50,221 bases of DNA from a virus (lineage: Duplodnaviria; Caudoviricetes): the IMG/VR virus record IMGVR_UViG_3300038393_000928, positions 1 through 50,221 of that record, one strand, 5' to 3'. Below the pieces are notes generated by a model. The model worked only from the letters and a program-made list of their open reading frames with translations. It searched no databases and was not told where the DNA came from. Shown one piece after another: positions 26,178 to 35,999 of the stretch (positions are counted from its first letter, which is position 1; each line of letters begins with the position of its first letter). The position numbers and the translations under genes are program-made.

Positions 26178-27980
26178 CTAGTGTTGACCGGCGGGAGCCA
26201 CGTCGAAGACGGGCTTCCCGATGCGGCACTTGGTAGGCGCGCTCTCGCCGGCGATGCGCATGTTGAAGATCCGGCCCGAAATCAGGAGGTCCGCCCGCGC
26301 GTCGCCCGGGGCCATCGGCTCCGAGGCCTGCGTATGGCCTTCGTCCTGCGGCACTTCACGGGCGCGCAGGGTGACGGTCACCGGGCCTTGCTGGTCCTTG
26401 AAGTCCGGCCAGATGCCGCGGATCAGAAGGCGTTGATCGGGGTCGAGATTGGCGCCAGCCGTCTCGATGAACCACGCGAAGGACGAGCCGTCCGCTGAGT
26501 TGCCCTTCTCGTGATAGTAGACATTCCCTGCGTAGGTCGCGCCGAGCGGATAGAGGCTCGGCCCGGCATCCACGAACGCAGTCCTAGCCATGATGCCCTT
26601 GTGCCAGGCTCCGGCGTCCTGGCCGTTCAGGCAAAGCGAGATGTAACGGCTGTTCTCGTAGCCGTCGCGGCCGTCCGGATAGTCGAAGCGGATCTCGCCA
26701 AACTCGGCATTGGAGGACGCGACGATCTTGTCGCCCTGCGAGGCTGCAAGATTATCGGCGAAGTCGCTGCGGATCGGACATTCCAGGGGCGCAGGCTGGC
26801 TGCCGATGGCGTAGCGGTAGAATTGGCGGTCAGGGCTGGCCCAAAAGGCGGTCTGGCCCACCACCACCACGGCGTTCGGGCCGATCAGTCCGCAGTTGCG
26901 GCCTACACGGTCGAAGCGCCACGGTTGGTTCAGGGCGCCGACGAAGGTCCCGACGAACAAGTCCTTGTCGGTCCACACCAGCATGTAGGGACCGACCATC
27001 CGGCCAGCGACAATGCGCCCCCCACCCGTCAGGATGTACTCCCGAGAGGTTGATCCGCTCGCCGTCGTGCTCCACACCGTGTTGTCGCGGATAGATGAGG
27101 TCCGGATGCACATCGGGTTGAAGGTCCCGGAAACCTCCTCCTGCGTCCCGAGGGCAAAGACCTGGTAGCCGCCGTTCAGGGGGGCTACCAGCATGTAGGT
27201 GATCTGCGTCGGCGCGTTGTTCACCGCTACGGCCCGGTTGGCGGCGGTGTTGGTCCATTCGTAGAGGCCGCCGCCGCGCGGGCTGGCCATGAGGTACTGA
27301 CCCCACGCGTCGAAGCTCCAGGTGCGGGGGTAGTATTCGGTCGTGAGCGAGGTCGTGCCGTACGGGCCAGAGCCATAAGCCCCGGTGCTGTAGCCTATCG
27401 AGCCCGTTCCATCGATCGCGCCAGCCGGGAGGGCCGACTGAGGCGTGATGACGACGTTGGCCCCGCCACCCGTTGTGGTGGAAGTGGCGTTTGCGCCCGC
27501 CGTGAAGGTGTAGGCGTTTGCCGTCGTGACGGTGATCGTGCGCGTGCCGTCGAGATTGGCGGCCGAGATCCCGCCCGTCGCCGCGGAGCCGTAAATCTTG
27601 ACGCTCACGCCGGTCGTATAGCCGTGCGCGGTGTGGGTGACGGTGACTGTCGCCGAGCCGTTCGTGACGCTGAAGGGGTTGGCGCCCAGGCGAACCGGAG
27701 GGCCGTGCGGGGTGATGTCGTAGAGGCCGCCGCCCTTCCACAGTTGCAGCTTCGAATGCGTGCCGAAGGCGATGTTCAGCAGCTCGCCGTTGTCCTTCCA
27801 AGGGAACACCGTGCGGCACACCCCGGTCAGGAGATCCGACATCAGGCTTTCCCAGCCGCCGATGGTCTCCGGCAGGCCCAGGCGGAAGCGCACGTTCGAT
27901 CCGTCGCCCCAGCGGCCCTTTGCGGCATAGGTGGTGTCGTCGCCGAAGAGGCCTGGCGGAAGGCTTAGGTCTTGGCGCAC
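26178..27980 (-). CDS. Tail hub / head-closure protein (P22 gp10-like)
   Basis: Beta-rich, CGLIGPNA motif, inserted Thr-rich domain; position. Confidence 0.65.
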   Translation of the reverse strand: MRQDLSLPPGLFGDDTTYAAKGRWGDGSNVRFRLGLPETIGGWESLMSDLLTGVCRTVFPWKDNGELLNIAFGTHSKLQLWKGGGLYDITPHGPPVRLGANPFSVTNGSATVTVTHTAHGYTTGVSVKIYGSAATGGISAANLDGTRTITVTTANAYTFTAGANATSTTTGGGANVVITPQSALPAGAIDGTGSIGYSTGAYGSGPYGTTSLTTEYYPRTWSFDAWGQYLMASPRGGGLYEWTNTAANRAVAVNNAPTQITYMLVAPLNGGYQVFALGTQEEVSGTFNPMCIRTSSIRDNTVWSTTASGSTSREYILTGGGRIVAGRMVGPYMLVWTDKDLFVGTFVGALNQPWRFDRVGRNCGLIGPNAVVVVGQTAFWASPDRQFYRYAIGSQPAPLECPIRSDFADNLAASQGDKIVASSNAEFGEIRFDYPDGRDGYENSRYISLCLNGQDAGAWHKGIMARTAFVDAGPSLYPLGATYAGNVYYHEKGNSADGSSFAWFIETAGANLDPDQRLLIRGIWPDFKDQQGPVTVTLRAREVPQDEGHTQASEPMAPGDARADLLISGRIFNMRIAGESAPTKCRIGKPVFDVAPAGQH

Positions 27981-28180
27981 TGCTCAGCCTCCCAGGCCTT
28001 TTGGCAGTGTCCCTTGCCGAAGATGGCATCCACGATCACCACGGCGACACGGCCCCAGTGCTTGCCGCGCGTCTTCGCGTACCAGGCGCGGGCGGAAAAG
28101 CTCTGGTGGGCGTCGCCCCAGGCCGCAGCGTTGAACAACTCGCTCAGAGCCGTGAGAATCTGCTTCGGACCCCTTTTCAC
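27965..28180 (-). CDS. Hypothetical protein
   Basis: Coupled ORF (S.SARAW...HC..AW..E). Confidence 0.65.
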   Translation of the reverse strand: MKRGPKQILTALSELFNAAAWGDAHQSFSARAWYAKTRGKHWGRVAVVIVDAIFGKGHCQKAWEAEQCAKT

Positions 28181-28587
28181 AGGCGGATCTCCGAGGGGCG
28201 GTCTTCGGTCAACAAGCCCAGCAGCACCAGCAGACCAAGGCCGGCGATCACGTCGGGATCGTCGAGGTAGACCTTCTCGGTCGCGTCAAGCACTTCGCGG
28301 AAGTCGGTCATCGCCAGGCGCGCCTCGATGGGAACGGCTTCGTTCGTTTCCGCCAGTCGGATGCTGATGCGCTCGGCTGAGGTGAACCGGCGCTTGAACA
28401 GCGCTTTGTGTATCCAGCGAACGGGCGGCTCCGGATCGGGCGGAAGCGGGAAGTAACCCGTGTCCGGCAGGCCGTAGCTTTCGAGGTTCGCTAGCGTCTC
28501 GTCCGGCAGGCCGCGGAGGAAGATCGGCAGCAGATCGGGCTCTCCGACGTTGCTGTCCGTGGAGAGGGTCTTGCGTTGGTAGAGCAC
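28177..28587 (-). CDS. Tail fibre assembly-like protein
   Basis: F..RFT.AE...I...V.LDDP....GL..L...GLLT..R..EI. Confidence 0.55.
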   Translation of the reverse strand: MLYQRKTLSTDSNVGEPDLLPIFLRGLPDETLANLESYGLPDTGYFPLPPDPEPPVRWIHKALFKRRFTSAERISIRLAETNEAVPIEARLAMTDFREVLDATEKVYLDDPDVIAGLGLLVLLGLLTEDRPSEIRL

Positions 28588-28591
28588 GGAC

Positions 28592-29197
28592 CTATTCCCA
28601 GATGTAGAAGCCGCTGGGACGGGCGCCCACGAACGGCGCCTGTCCGGTGTTGATGGTCATGTTCTCCGCCGTATTGAACTGAGCGGAGACCGTGGGGAAA
28701 ACAGCCCCGGAGATGGTTGAGAAAGAGAAGCCGCCGGTCGCCGTGGCGGGGTCGGCAGCACCGCTGTTGTTCCAGTTGCCGGCAGCGCCCTTGCGGAGCC
28801 AGATCAGCTTGGCGGCACAGTCCACAGCCACGCAGATAGTGTCGCCGGCTGCGTATGTGCCCCACGTCGCGCTGTTCACGGTCTTCAGGTAGACGCCGCC
28901 GCTGCTCTCCCAGCCGACGCCGTTCGTCATATTGCGAATACCGTTGTTCGCGGAATCCGAAGAAATGCACAGGCCAACCGCGAAGGAGCCCGCCCCGCCC
29001 GCAACCGCCACCTCGAAATAGTGCTTGCCGGTCGAGCGGCTGAGGGTGCCCCGCGTGGACTGGAAAGTCGCGTTGCTGAACGTCGCCGTGCGCCGGTTGG
29101 CGCTAAGCGTTACGCCCGTGCCCAGAAACCCACTGTCGAACGCCGAGAATGCTGCCCTTCCGGCCAACATCAGCGCTGCGCCGAAGTTCAGGGACAT
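28592..29197 (-). CDS. SPRY/ConA-like domain structural protein
   Basis: GKHYFEV...VG...GDTICVAVD...IW..K...N.GQ.PF...PSGF. Confidence 0.7.
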   Translation of the reverse strand: MSLNFGAALMLAGRAAFSAFDSGFLGTGVTLSANRRTATFSNATFQSTRGTLSRSTGKHYFEVAVAGGAGSFAVGLCISSDSANNGIRNMTNGVGWESSGGVYLKTVNSATWGTYAAGDTICVAVDCAAKLIWLRKGAAGNWNNSGAADPATATGGFSFSTISGAVFPTVSAQFNTAENMTINTGQAPFVGARPSGFYIWE

Positions 29198-30144
29198 CAG
29201 GCAAACGCCTTCAGCAGATTGCCCCGAATGATCGTGGCGCTTTCGACGTAGCCCACGAACACGTCGACTGCGCCGGCAGCCGTGCTGAGCGCTGGCGTCC
29301 CGCCGGGGAACTTGTAGTAGGCGCCGGGCGTCCATAGCCGGCTTCCCGTGCCGTCCTGGGTGATAGTGATGACGATGTACTGGCCAATGGCTGCGGACAT
29401 GCTGCCGGCGCTAGGGTTGGCGAGCGCCACGTTGCCGGTCAGGGTCAGGGTCCAATTCCGACCGAGGGTCAGGTCCGGCGTGACGGTCGCACCATAGGTC
29501 AACGCCTGAGGCGCAGACGATGAGGTCACGTTGGCCGGAGTGTAGGCCACCAGGGACGAGGAGCCGGCCCAGATCTGCGCGTTGGATGCGCTGAACGCTA
29601 CCAGGTCGCTCGTCGCGAGCTGTTGCCAGGTCGGCGCACTCCCATCGACCGTGACCTTCAGGAACTTGCCAAGATGCCCCACGGTGCCTGGAACCGCGCC
29701 GGCGCTAGCCGTCTGGGCGGTGATGTAGGTCTTGAGGTCGTAGGTCCCGAAGGTGATGGTGTGGACTGCGGAACCGTCGCAGTAGATCACCGTCTTGTCG
29801 CCGGCATCGACGGACACGGTAGAGCCCGCGCCCGTCGTGAAGGTCAGCACCTTGTTGGTGTTGTTAAAGACGAAGTACGACTTGCTGACCGAGGGAATGG
29901 TGATCGTCGCGTTCGCCGCCAGAGCTGCCGCGGTGAACTTCAGCATCGCGGCGCGGGCTTCGTCGGTCGAGCCGTTGGCCGTGGTGAGTGTATAGTCCCC
30001 GGTGATGGTCTTATTCAGCCATCCCGCAAGGGCGTAGTCGACAAGCGCGAACACGCCCGTATTCAGCGTGTCTCCCCAGGTGTTGATACCCTCGCCGGGG
30101 AACTGCAGATTGAGCCGCAGGGAGGACGAATAGCTAGACGGCAT
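29197..30144 (-). CDS. Tail fibre-proximal structural protein
   Basis: M.SSYS..LRL...GE..NTWG..LN; ITQD.TGSR. Confidence 0.65.
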   Translation of the reverse strand: MPSSYSSSLRLNLQFPGEGINTWGDTLNTGVFALVDYALAGWLNKTITGDYTLTTANGSTDEARAAMLKFTAAALAANATITIPSVSKSYFVFNNTNKVLTFTTGAGSTVSVDAGDKTVIYCDGSAVHTITFGTYDLKTYITAQTASAGAVPGTVGHLGKFLKVTVDGSAPTWQQLATSDLVAFSASNAQIWAGSSSLVAYTPANVTSSSAPQALTYGATVTPDLTLGRNWTLTLTGNVALANPSAGSMSAAIGQYIVITITQDGTGSRLWTPGAYYKFPGGTPALSTAAGAVDVFVGYVESATIIRGNLLKAFA

Positions 30145-30153
30145 TCAGCCCTC

Positions 30154-30426
30154 CTAGAGCGCCGTTCCATCCGCCCGCAGCCAGGTCCAGGTCCCGGCTA
30201 CGTTCGTGGATACGGCGATGCAGTTCTTGTCGGTGACGACGATGGCGGCGTTCGGGTAGTTGGCGGCCGGCGCTTGAGCCAAGAGGTTGGCGGCCGTGTC
30301 GATCACGCCGAACTGAACCGGCGCGCCAGGGTTCTGCAGTTGCGTCAGGGCCTCGTAGTAGCCTTGCAGGACCGTCCGCATCGGCTCGGGGACGTCCGGG
30401 CCGGGCGGCTGTATGGAAACCGCCAC
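30154..30426 (-). CDS. Hypothetical virion protein
   Basis: Operon context. Confidence 0.6.
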   Translation of the reverse strand: MAVSIQPPGPDVPEPMRTVLQGYYEALTQLQNPGAPVQFGVIDTAANLLAQAPAANYPNAAIVVTDKNCIAVSTNVAGTWTWLRADGTAL

Positions 30427-31077
30427 TTAGTCGTCCCGCGTGATGTCGTAGGCGCGGTTTCGGTAGCCGGTTACTTGCGCAACCTCCGTCGCCAGGGGCT
30501 GCATCGCCTTGCTGCGGTGCTCCTTGGCGTTCAGCTCTCGGATGGAGCGGCTGAGCTTGCCTTCGTAGCTGGCCAGGAGCGTCTCATCCCGCAGGAACGG
30601 CCCGGCCTCACAGAGCGTGGCGAACAGGTAGGCGTCTGGCGCATCCGTCAGTAGCGCGTTGGTGGGCGAGGCGTCGGACAGGGCGAACTTGGCGAGGTAT
30701 CGCAGGACGAAGCTGTAAGCGCTGTCGCAGGGGCGCTCGAACACGAGGCTTGTGCCATCAATGCCCCAAAGGCGGGGTTCGCCGCTTTCGCTCTCCGCCT
30801 CCATGAGCACGGGCTCGCGGAACTCCATCGCCACCCGGTCGCCGTCGCGCGAGATCCACAGGTTGAGCGGCTCGGCGAAGGTGGTAGGCAGGGTGATAGA
30901 GCGGCTAGCCGGCGTGGCGGTGAGCGACGCTTCCGCCTCTGCCCGGCGCATCCTCAGGACCCGGTTCAACCTCGCCTCGGCGAGCGAGATGAACTCCGGG
31001 ATGCGGGCGGTCAAGTCGTTGCGGATCAGCCACGTCGCCGCAGCGGTCTGCAACTCTGCGTACGTGCTGATCGCCAT
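30427..31077 (-). CDS. Head-tail adaptor / tail tubular-like protein
   Basis: MAISTY.EL......L.R.DLT..IP.FI.LAEARLNR.LR...PD.YL...L.E. Confidence 0.7.
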   Translation of the reverse strand: MAISTYAELQTAAATWLIRNDLTARIPEFISLAEARLNRVLRMRRAEAEASLTATPASRSITLPTTFAEPLNLWISRDGDRVAMEFREPVLMEAESESGEPRLWGIDGTSLVFERPCDSAYSFVLRYLAKFALSDASPTNALLTDAPDAYLFATLCEAGPFLRDETLLASYEGKLSRSIRELNAKEHRSKAMQPLATEVAQVTGYRNRAYDITRDD

Positions 31078-31080
31078 GGC

Positions 31081-31644
31081 TTAGAGCCCGCCCTTGCGGC
31101 TGCCGCCAGTTTTTCCGTCGCCGTCTTTGTCGAACTTCGCGATCTGCGCCTTGGCGTCCGCAGCAGCTTGCTGGGCGGCAGCGAGTTCAGCGGTCAGACG
31201 TTCGATGGTCGCTTTGGCTTCGGCGAGAGGCTCGCTCACCCTCGCGGCGCGCTGGCGCTCGTTCTCGGCCTCGATGCGGGCCTGATCGCGTTGGGCGGCG
31301 GTTTCCAGGTGCCTGGCCTCGGCTTCAGCCTGCGCCTTCTCGGCATCCAGGGCGCGCTGGTTGAGGCCTTTGACTTGCGCAAGAGCCGCGTCGCGTTCGT
31401 CGGCGATCTTGCCGCGGTCGTGATCACCGGCCGTGATGACCGCGCCCAGGCGTTCAATCTCCTGATGGGCCGCAAGCAACTCCTTCACGGCGTTCGCCTT
31501 GGCGGCCTTGTCCTCGGGCTCGGCGTCCTTCTGATCTGACCAGGCGTCCCCAGGCCATTGCTCGCCGGCTCGGAACAAGCGCCCTTCGGGCTCGGCCGGG
31601 CTATAGAGAACGCGGTCAGCGGACAGGATCATTTCGCGGGCCAT
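31081..31644 (-). CDS. Coiled-coil protein with C-terminal DKDGDG motif
   Basis: Translation. Confidence 0.65.
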   Translation of the reverse strand: MAREMILSADRVLYSPAEPEGRLFRAGEQWPGDAWSDQKDAEPEDKAAKANAVKELLAAHQEIERLGAVITAGDHDRGKIADERDAALAQVKGLNQRALDAEKAQAEAEARHLETAAQRDQARIEAENERQRAARVSEPLAEAKATIERLTAELAAAQQAAADAKAQIAKFDKDGDGKTGGSRKGGL

Positions 31645-31666
31645 GAAGGCTCCAGTGTTGAGGCGG

Positions 31667-32461
31667 CTAAGCCGCGGATCGGGTCGGGCTGGCGTCCCAC
31701 CAGGGAGCCTCGCCCTCGCGCGCACCACCCGGGCGGCGCATGAAGAAGTCCATGAAGTTGCCGGGAAATGCCCGGCCATCTTCGTGGTGATGGGTCAGGT
31801 TCAGGTCTGGCACGCACCAGACGTCCCCGCCGATGGCTCCCCAGCGGCGGCAGAAGGCGTAGTCCTCGCCCCACCATTGGCCGTCGTGGGCGCCGTGATT
31901 GAAGAGGTCGACGGAAAGCCCGAACTTCGGCCCGAAGCACAGCTCCGGATAGGCCTCCATGAAGCGGTGAACCGCCTCCTTGGTGACCTTCAGAAATCCC
32001 GCCGGCATGAGCTTCGCGCGGATCGCGCCGTCACTCTTGCGCAGTTGCGGGCGGTCGTGGGCGTCGACATGGATCGTGCCCATGTACGACTCTTCGTCCA
32101 TCTTGAACCGGTAGGTGCCGCAGACGACGTCGCCCTCTGTCTCGATGAGCAAGCGAAGGTCTTCCGGGTCCCAACTCAGGTCGTGGTCGATGAAGACGAC
32201 GATATCGGCCTTGGCGTCCATCGCCTTGCGCAGCATCTCAGCGCGAGCGCAGGAGATGTAGGGCGAGCCGACCGAGGCCACTGTGGCGTGCCGGATGCCG
32301 GCGGCGTCCAGATCCTCGACCGAGGCCTCGAGGGCGTCCAGGTACTGCGGGAACGGCTGCTTGATCGTCGGTGTGCAGACGACGACGAACGGGTCTTTGG
32401 GCTTCTCGCCGAAGATAGGGAGAAGCCCCGGACGGGGGAGGTCCGCCGGGGCTTCGGTCAC
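31667..32461 (-). CDS. GT-A fold glycosyltransferase-like protein
   Basis: I..AR......FIDHD (DxD)...GF...GEDYAFCRRW...GG.VW. Confidence 0.75.
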   Translation of the reverse strand: MTEAPADLPRPGLLPIFGEKPKDPFVVVCTPTIKQPFPQYLDALEASVEDLDAAGIRHATVASVGSPYISCARAEMLRKAMDAKADIVVFIDHDLSWDPEDLRLLIETEGDVVCGTYRFKMDEESYMGTIHVDAHDRPQLRKSDGAIRAKLMPAGFLKVTKEAVHRFMEAYPELCFGPKFGLSVDLFNHGAHDGQWWGEDYAFCRRWGAIGGDVWCVPDLNLTHHHEDGRAFPGNFMDFFMRRPGGAREGEAPWWDASPTRSAA

Positions 32462-32700
32462 TAGGCGGAACCCTTCCAGGCCCCGATAGCGGTCAGCGTG
32501 TTGCCGACTTCGATCAGGAACGCCTTGTGGTCGGTCGTCATGGCCGTGGTCGAGGCCGTGCCGATGAGCGACGTGGCTTGAGCCGCCGCGGCGCGCTGCG
32601 AGGCGGGGGTGCCGCCGTACAGGGCGATGAGGTCCGCGGTGGACTGGCCGAGGGCCGTGCCGCCCGGATTGCCGTCAGAGAGATACTTGCCGATAGCCAT
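32461..32700 (-). CDS. Small head decoration-like protein
   Basis: LGQS..D.I..YG.TP..Q; follows the capsid locus. Confidence 0.55.
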   Translation of the reverse strand: MAIGKYLSDGNPGGTALGQSTADLIALYGGTPASQRAAAAQATSLIGTASTTAMTTDHKAFLIEVGNTLTAIGAWKGSA

Positions 32701-32787
32701 TGGCCCGGCTCCTTTCGAGAAGTGGCTGTCCGCTCGGGACAGCTCGCAGGTTGAAGGAAACCGGCTAGGCCGGCAGACAAGCTGGTT

Positions 32788-33573
32788 TCAGGTAACGTGC
32801 GCCCAGCTCCGGCGCTTCCGGATGTTGGAGATCGTCGGCGTACTCACGCCGTATCGCTCAGCGAGCACTTTGCCTGGCTCCGCACTGGCGCGGATTTCCA
32901 AGACGATCTCCGGTGTAATCTTGTCGGATACGCCGCGGCGGGGGCTAGTTCGCTTGCCCTTCACCACCTCAGCGTCGATGTGCTTCCAGGTGTAGCCGTT
33001 CTTGATATCGCTGATGGTCTGAGTGTGGACCCCATACTCAGTGGCTATCGCAGCGTAGGGCCGCGGGTCAGAGAAGATTTCCCTTACCTGCGGCTCGGTC
33101 AGAACCACGTTGTGGGCGTCTTCGCCCTTCGGAACCCTGCCGCGCCCCTTAGCGATCTTGTCCGCCATGTTGTCGGCCGTCGTGCCGAGAAACAAATGGT
33201 CCGGATTTGTGCACTTTGGGTTGTCGCATTGATGGAGAACGCTCAGGTCACCCGGGTGCTCGCCCGTGTGCAGGACGTAGCTCAACCTGTGAGCTGTCCG
33301 GTACTCTACTCCGTCGAACTTGGCCCGCATCCTGGCGTAACCGTGATTGTCAACCGCGCCGCGCCAGCCCCAGCACCCGTCCACCTTCTTCACCATGGCG
33401 TCGAACCGTTGCTCGACGGTCAGCCCACGTAGAGTTCCGGAGTGGTTCTTCAGGGCGACGGGAGAGCCGTACAGACGATTCCGGCGCCAGTGGTTCACGC
33501 AAAGCCCCAATGCGAGGCTCGGCCGATCACATCCCTTTATGCAGCAGACCCGAAAGTCGAGATCAACGGTCAT
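32788..33573 (-). CDS. Free-standing HNH homing endonuclease
   Basis: CW.W.G...AHRLSY...VLH.CDNP.C.NPDHL.LGT..DN..D...KGR plus two HTH repeats. Confidence 0.9.
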   Translation of the reverse strand: MTVDLDFRVCCIKGCDRPSLALGLCVNHWRRNRLYGSPVALKNHSGTLRGLTVEQRFDAMVKKVDGCWGWRGAVDNHGYARMRAKFDGVEYRTAHRLSYVLHTGEHPGDLSVLHQCDNPKCTNPDHLFLGTTADNMADKIAKGRGRVPKGEDAHNVVLTEPQVREIFSDPRPYAAIATEYGVHTQTISDIKNGYTWKHIDAEVVKGKRTSPRRGVSDKITPEIVLEIRASAEPGKVLAERYGVSTPTISNIRKRRSWAHVT

Positions 33574-33580
33574 CCACGTG

Positions 33581-33619
33581 CCTCCGCTTTGATGTACGTC
33601 ATTAACATCAAAGCGGAGG
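33581..33619 (-). promoter_or_regulatory. 15-bp perfect hairpin sequestering the HNH ribosome-binding site
   Basis: CCTCCGCTTTGATGT-N9-ACATCAAAGCGGAGG; GGAGG lies 7 nt before the ATG. Confidence 0.75.
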
Positions 33620-33639
33620 TTTTGGAAGGCTAGATTAGC

Positions 33640-34836
33640 CTATCGGTTCGCGAGACGGCACGCCAGTTGGGGGCGCAACGTCTTGTAGCCATATAGCACA
33701 TCGAGCCTACATGGAAACGAACCATTGTTGATGTCGAACTGACGGACAATCCGCATGGAGATCCCGTCGATGCTCTCGCGGGCGGCGAAGTCGACGCCGC
33801 GGGGCATGACGAGGTCGGCGGTCGCGAACGCGAAGGCGCCCTTCTGGTAGGCCAGAGAGATGCCGTGCGCGGTCGAGGCCGTACCCGCAAAGGTCACGCC
33901 GGCCGTGGCCGAAGCCGAGACGACCGTGGTGTTCTGCTTGGCGCCGCCGAGGATGATGGACGGGCTGATGGCCAGGGCCACCGCACCGCCGGCCGAGGTC
34001 GTGGTGCAGGTGAACTGACGCAGGACGCCAGTGGAGACCTTGGTTTCCGGGTGGACGCGATACAGGGTGGCGATGGTGAACACGTCGCCCTTGTTGATCG
34101 TGCCCGAACCGGTCGCCAGGGTGACGGTGGCGTACTCGGTGCCGTCCGTGGCCAGGGCCGTGGTGTCGACGACGTAGGAGGTGTTCGCCGAGCCGCGGGT
34201 GTGCGACGGGATCAGCGTGTTCTCCGAGAAGTCGAAGCCGGCGGTACGGCCGAGATAGCCCTCGGTGTTCTGCTTGCTGATGGTGCTGTCCTTGTTGAAC
34301 AGGCCCTTCAACTCGCTGACCATGTCGACGTTGTCTTGGGTGTTCAGCTGCACCATGCGGTCGTTGATGGGCGCAAGCGCGTCCACCAGCATCTTGCGGC
34401 CGAGAAGCACCTTCTCGAAGGTCGCGGCCGAGCCGGTGTTGTTCACCTGCTGGGCGACGTCCTTGTACATCGAGAGCGCATCGGCCTCGATGTTCGCGGC
34501 GAGAACCGACATGGCCGGCTCGATGACGCGTTCCGAGAAGTCGTCCAGCGACAGGGTGAGGTCTTGGTCGGTGAAGCTCATGTCCACGCCCTTTTGGGAC
34601 GAGACCACGAGGTCGACCGAGCTCTCCACGGTGTCGTTGACGTCCATGACGGCGCCGGAACGGACGGTGTACTGGTTCGGCAGGCGGACCTTCAGGGTGC
34701 TGCCGATCTTGGCGCCGGTTTGAGCGAAGCGGTCGTCATAGTCGCGGGTGATCGAACCCACGAACGAAAGCTTCTGGTGCAGGACGCGAAGGGCTTCGCG
34801 CGTGACCGCCGTAGCAGTCAGGATGGTGTTCGCCAC
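33640..34836 (-). CDS. Major capsid protein (P22 coat family)
   Basis: MANT.LT...TREAL..L...KIG.TL..RLP...CR.DVLYG...LRP..ACR. Confidence 0.92.
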   Translation of the reverse strand: MANTILTATAVTREALRVLHQKLSFVGSITRDYDDRFAQTGAKIGSTLKVRLPNQYTVRSGAVMDVNDTVESSVDLVVSSQKGVDMSFTDQDLTLSLDDFSERVIEPAMSVLAANIEADALSMYKDVAQQVNNTGSAATFEKVLLGRKMLVDALAPINDRMVQLNTQDNVDMVSELKGLFNKDSTISKQNTEGYLGRTAGFDFSENTLIPSHTRGSANTSYVVDTTALATDGTEYATVTLATGSGTINKGDVFTIATLYRVHPETKVSTGVLRQFTCTTTSAGGAVALAISPSIILGGAKQNTTVVSASATAGVTFAGTASTAHGISLAYQKGAFAFATADLVMPRGVDFAARESIDGISMRIVRQFDINNGSFPCRLDVLYGYKTLRPQLACRLANR

Positions 34837-34857
34837 GAGTGGCTCCTTTCAAGGATT

Positions 34858-34883
34858 GCGGCGTCTCTCGACGGCGCGGATGG
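34858..34883 (-). repeat. 26-bp GAGA-tetraloop hairpin repeat, copy upstream of coat gene
   Basis: Identical to 36000-36025. Confidence 0.9.
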
Positions 34884-34928
34884 GGTGTGGGCTTAGGGCA
34901 CTGTCTCTCGACGTTCCCGGCCCGAGGC

Positions 34929-35978
34929 CTAGGCCCGCTTTCTCGCGGCGACCTGGGCGTTACGGCGGCGCATCCACTCCTCGGCGGTCAGTCCGTCGCC
35001 GCGGGCGGTCGAGGGGTCGCGGACTTGCCCGCCAGAGCCCTTCGGTGTCGCCGCCGGCTTGGTCACCTGCGCCTTTTCATGGTTCGCAGCCGTCTGTTGC
35101 TGCTTCTGGGTGGTCTTCAGGGCGGCCAGTTCGGCGCGCGAGGTCATCACCTCGTGCACCAGCTTCCACGTCCTCGGGTCCGTCGCATTGGCCATTTCCT
35201 CGGGTGCGATCCCGAGATGACCCACGGCGAACTCAATGACCTTGGCGGCCACGTCCTTGTTCCAGCCCGGAACCTCAGCCTTCAGAGCCAACCCCGTTTC
35301 CTGGCGTCGCTTGGCGAGGTCGGCGTTTTGCGCCTCCTGCTGCTTTGCCAGACGTTCGGCTTCCTTGGTGGAGAGGTCTTTCTTCGCCGCTTCGAGGTCA
35401 TCGACCAGTTCGATGCGGCGGTCCCGCGCGTCCGTATAGGCGTCGCGGTATTGAGCGTACTTCAGCTTAGCCGGATCGTCGTCGGGCAGTCCGGCCACCT
35501 GGTTTCGCCAGGTGGACCAGTCGACGGCCTTCAGGGTCTCAAGCTGCTTGTCGACGGCGGAGAGGTTGTGGCTCAGCACCGCCAGCTTGGTATGCTCTTC
35601 GGGGAGCGCGGCCCTGGATTCTTCCCGTTGGGATTCCCAGGTTGAACGCTCCTCTTTCAGGACCCTCGCCTGCTCGGCGATTTCCTGGGTCTTCCGGGTA
35701 TAGTCGGCTTGGCGAAGGAGGGCATCCTTCACGGCGGCCGAGACCCGCACCTTCTGCCCCTCGTACTCGACTTCGACAAGGTCGTCTTCGGGGCCGGCTG
35801 GCTTGTCCGGGTCGGCGTCGTCCTCGCCTTCGGCCGTTGCGGCGTCTGGGTCGGAAGCGTCGTCGTCCGGGGCTGGCGCGCGGTCGAAGGCTTCGGTGTC
35901 GATATCGTCGGTCTGGGCGGCAGCGCCCGGCCCTTCGACTCCCGCCGAAGCGGGTTGGTCGTTGGCTTCAGTGCTCAA
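34929..35978 (-). CDS. Scaffolding protein
   Basis: Acidic N-terminus, LRQADYTRKTQE.A, coiled coil; directly upstream of coat. Confidence 0.85.
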   Translation of the reverse strand: MSTEANDQPASAGVEGPGAAAQTDDIDTEAFDRAPAPDDDASDPDAATAEGEDDADPDKPAGPEDDLVEVEYEGQKVRVSAAVKDALLRQADYTRKTQEIAEQARVLKEERSTWESQREESRAALPEEHTKLAVLSHNLSAVDKQLETLKAVDWSTWRNQVAGLPDDDPAKLKYAQYRDAYTDARDRRIELVDDLEAAKKDLSTKEAERLAKQQEAQNADLAKRRQETGLALKAEVPGWNKDVAAKVIEFAVGHLGIAPEEMANATDPRTWKLVHEVMTSRAELAALKTTQKQQQTAANHEKAQVTKPAATPKGSGGQVRDPSTARGDGLTAEEWMRRRNAQVAARKRA

Positions 35979-35999
35979 GGTGCATCCTTCTCAGGGAAA

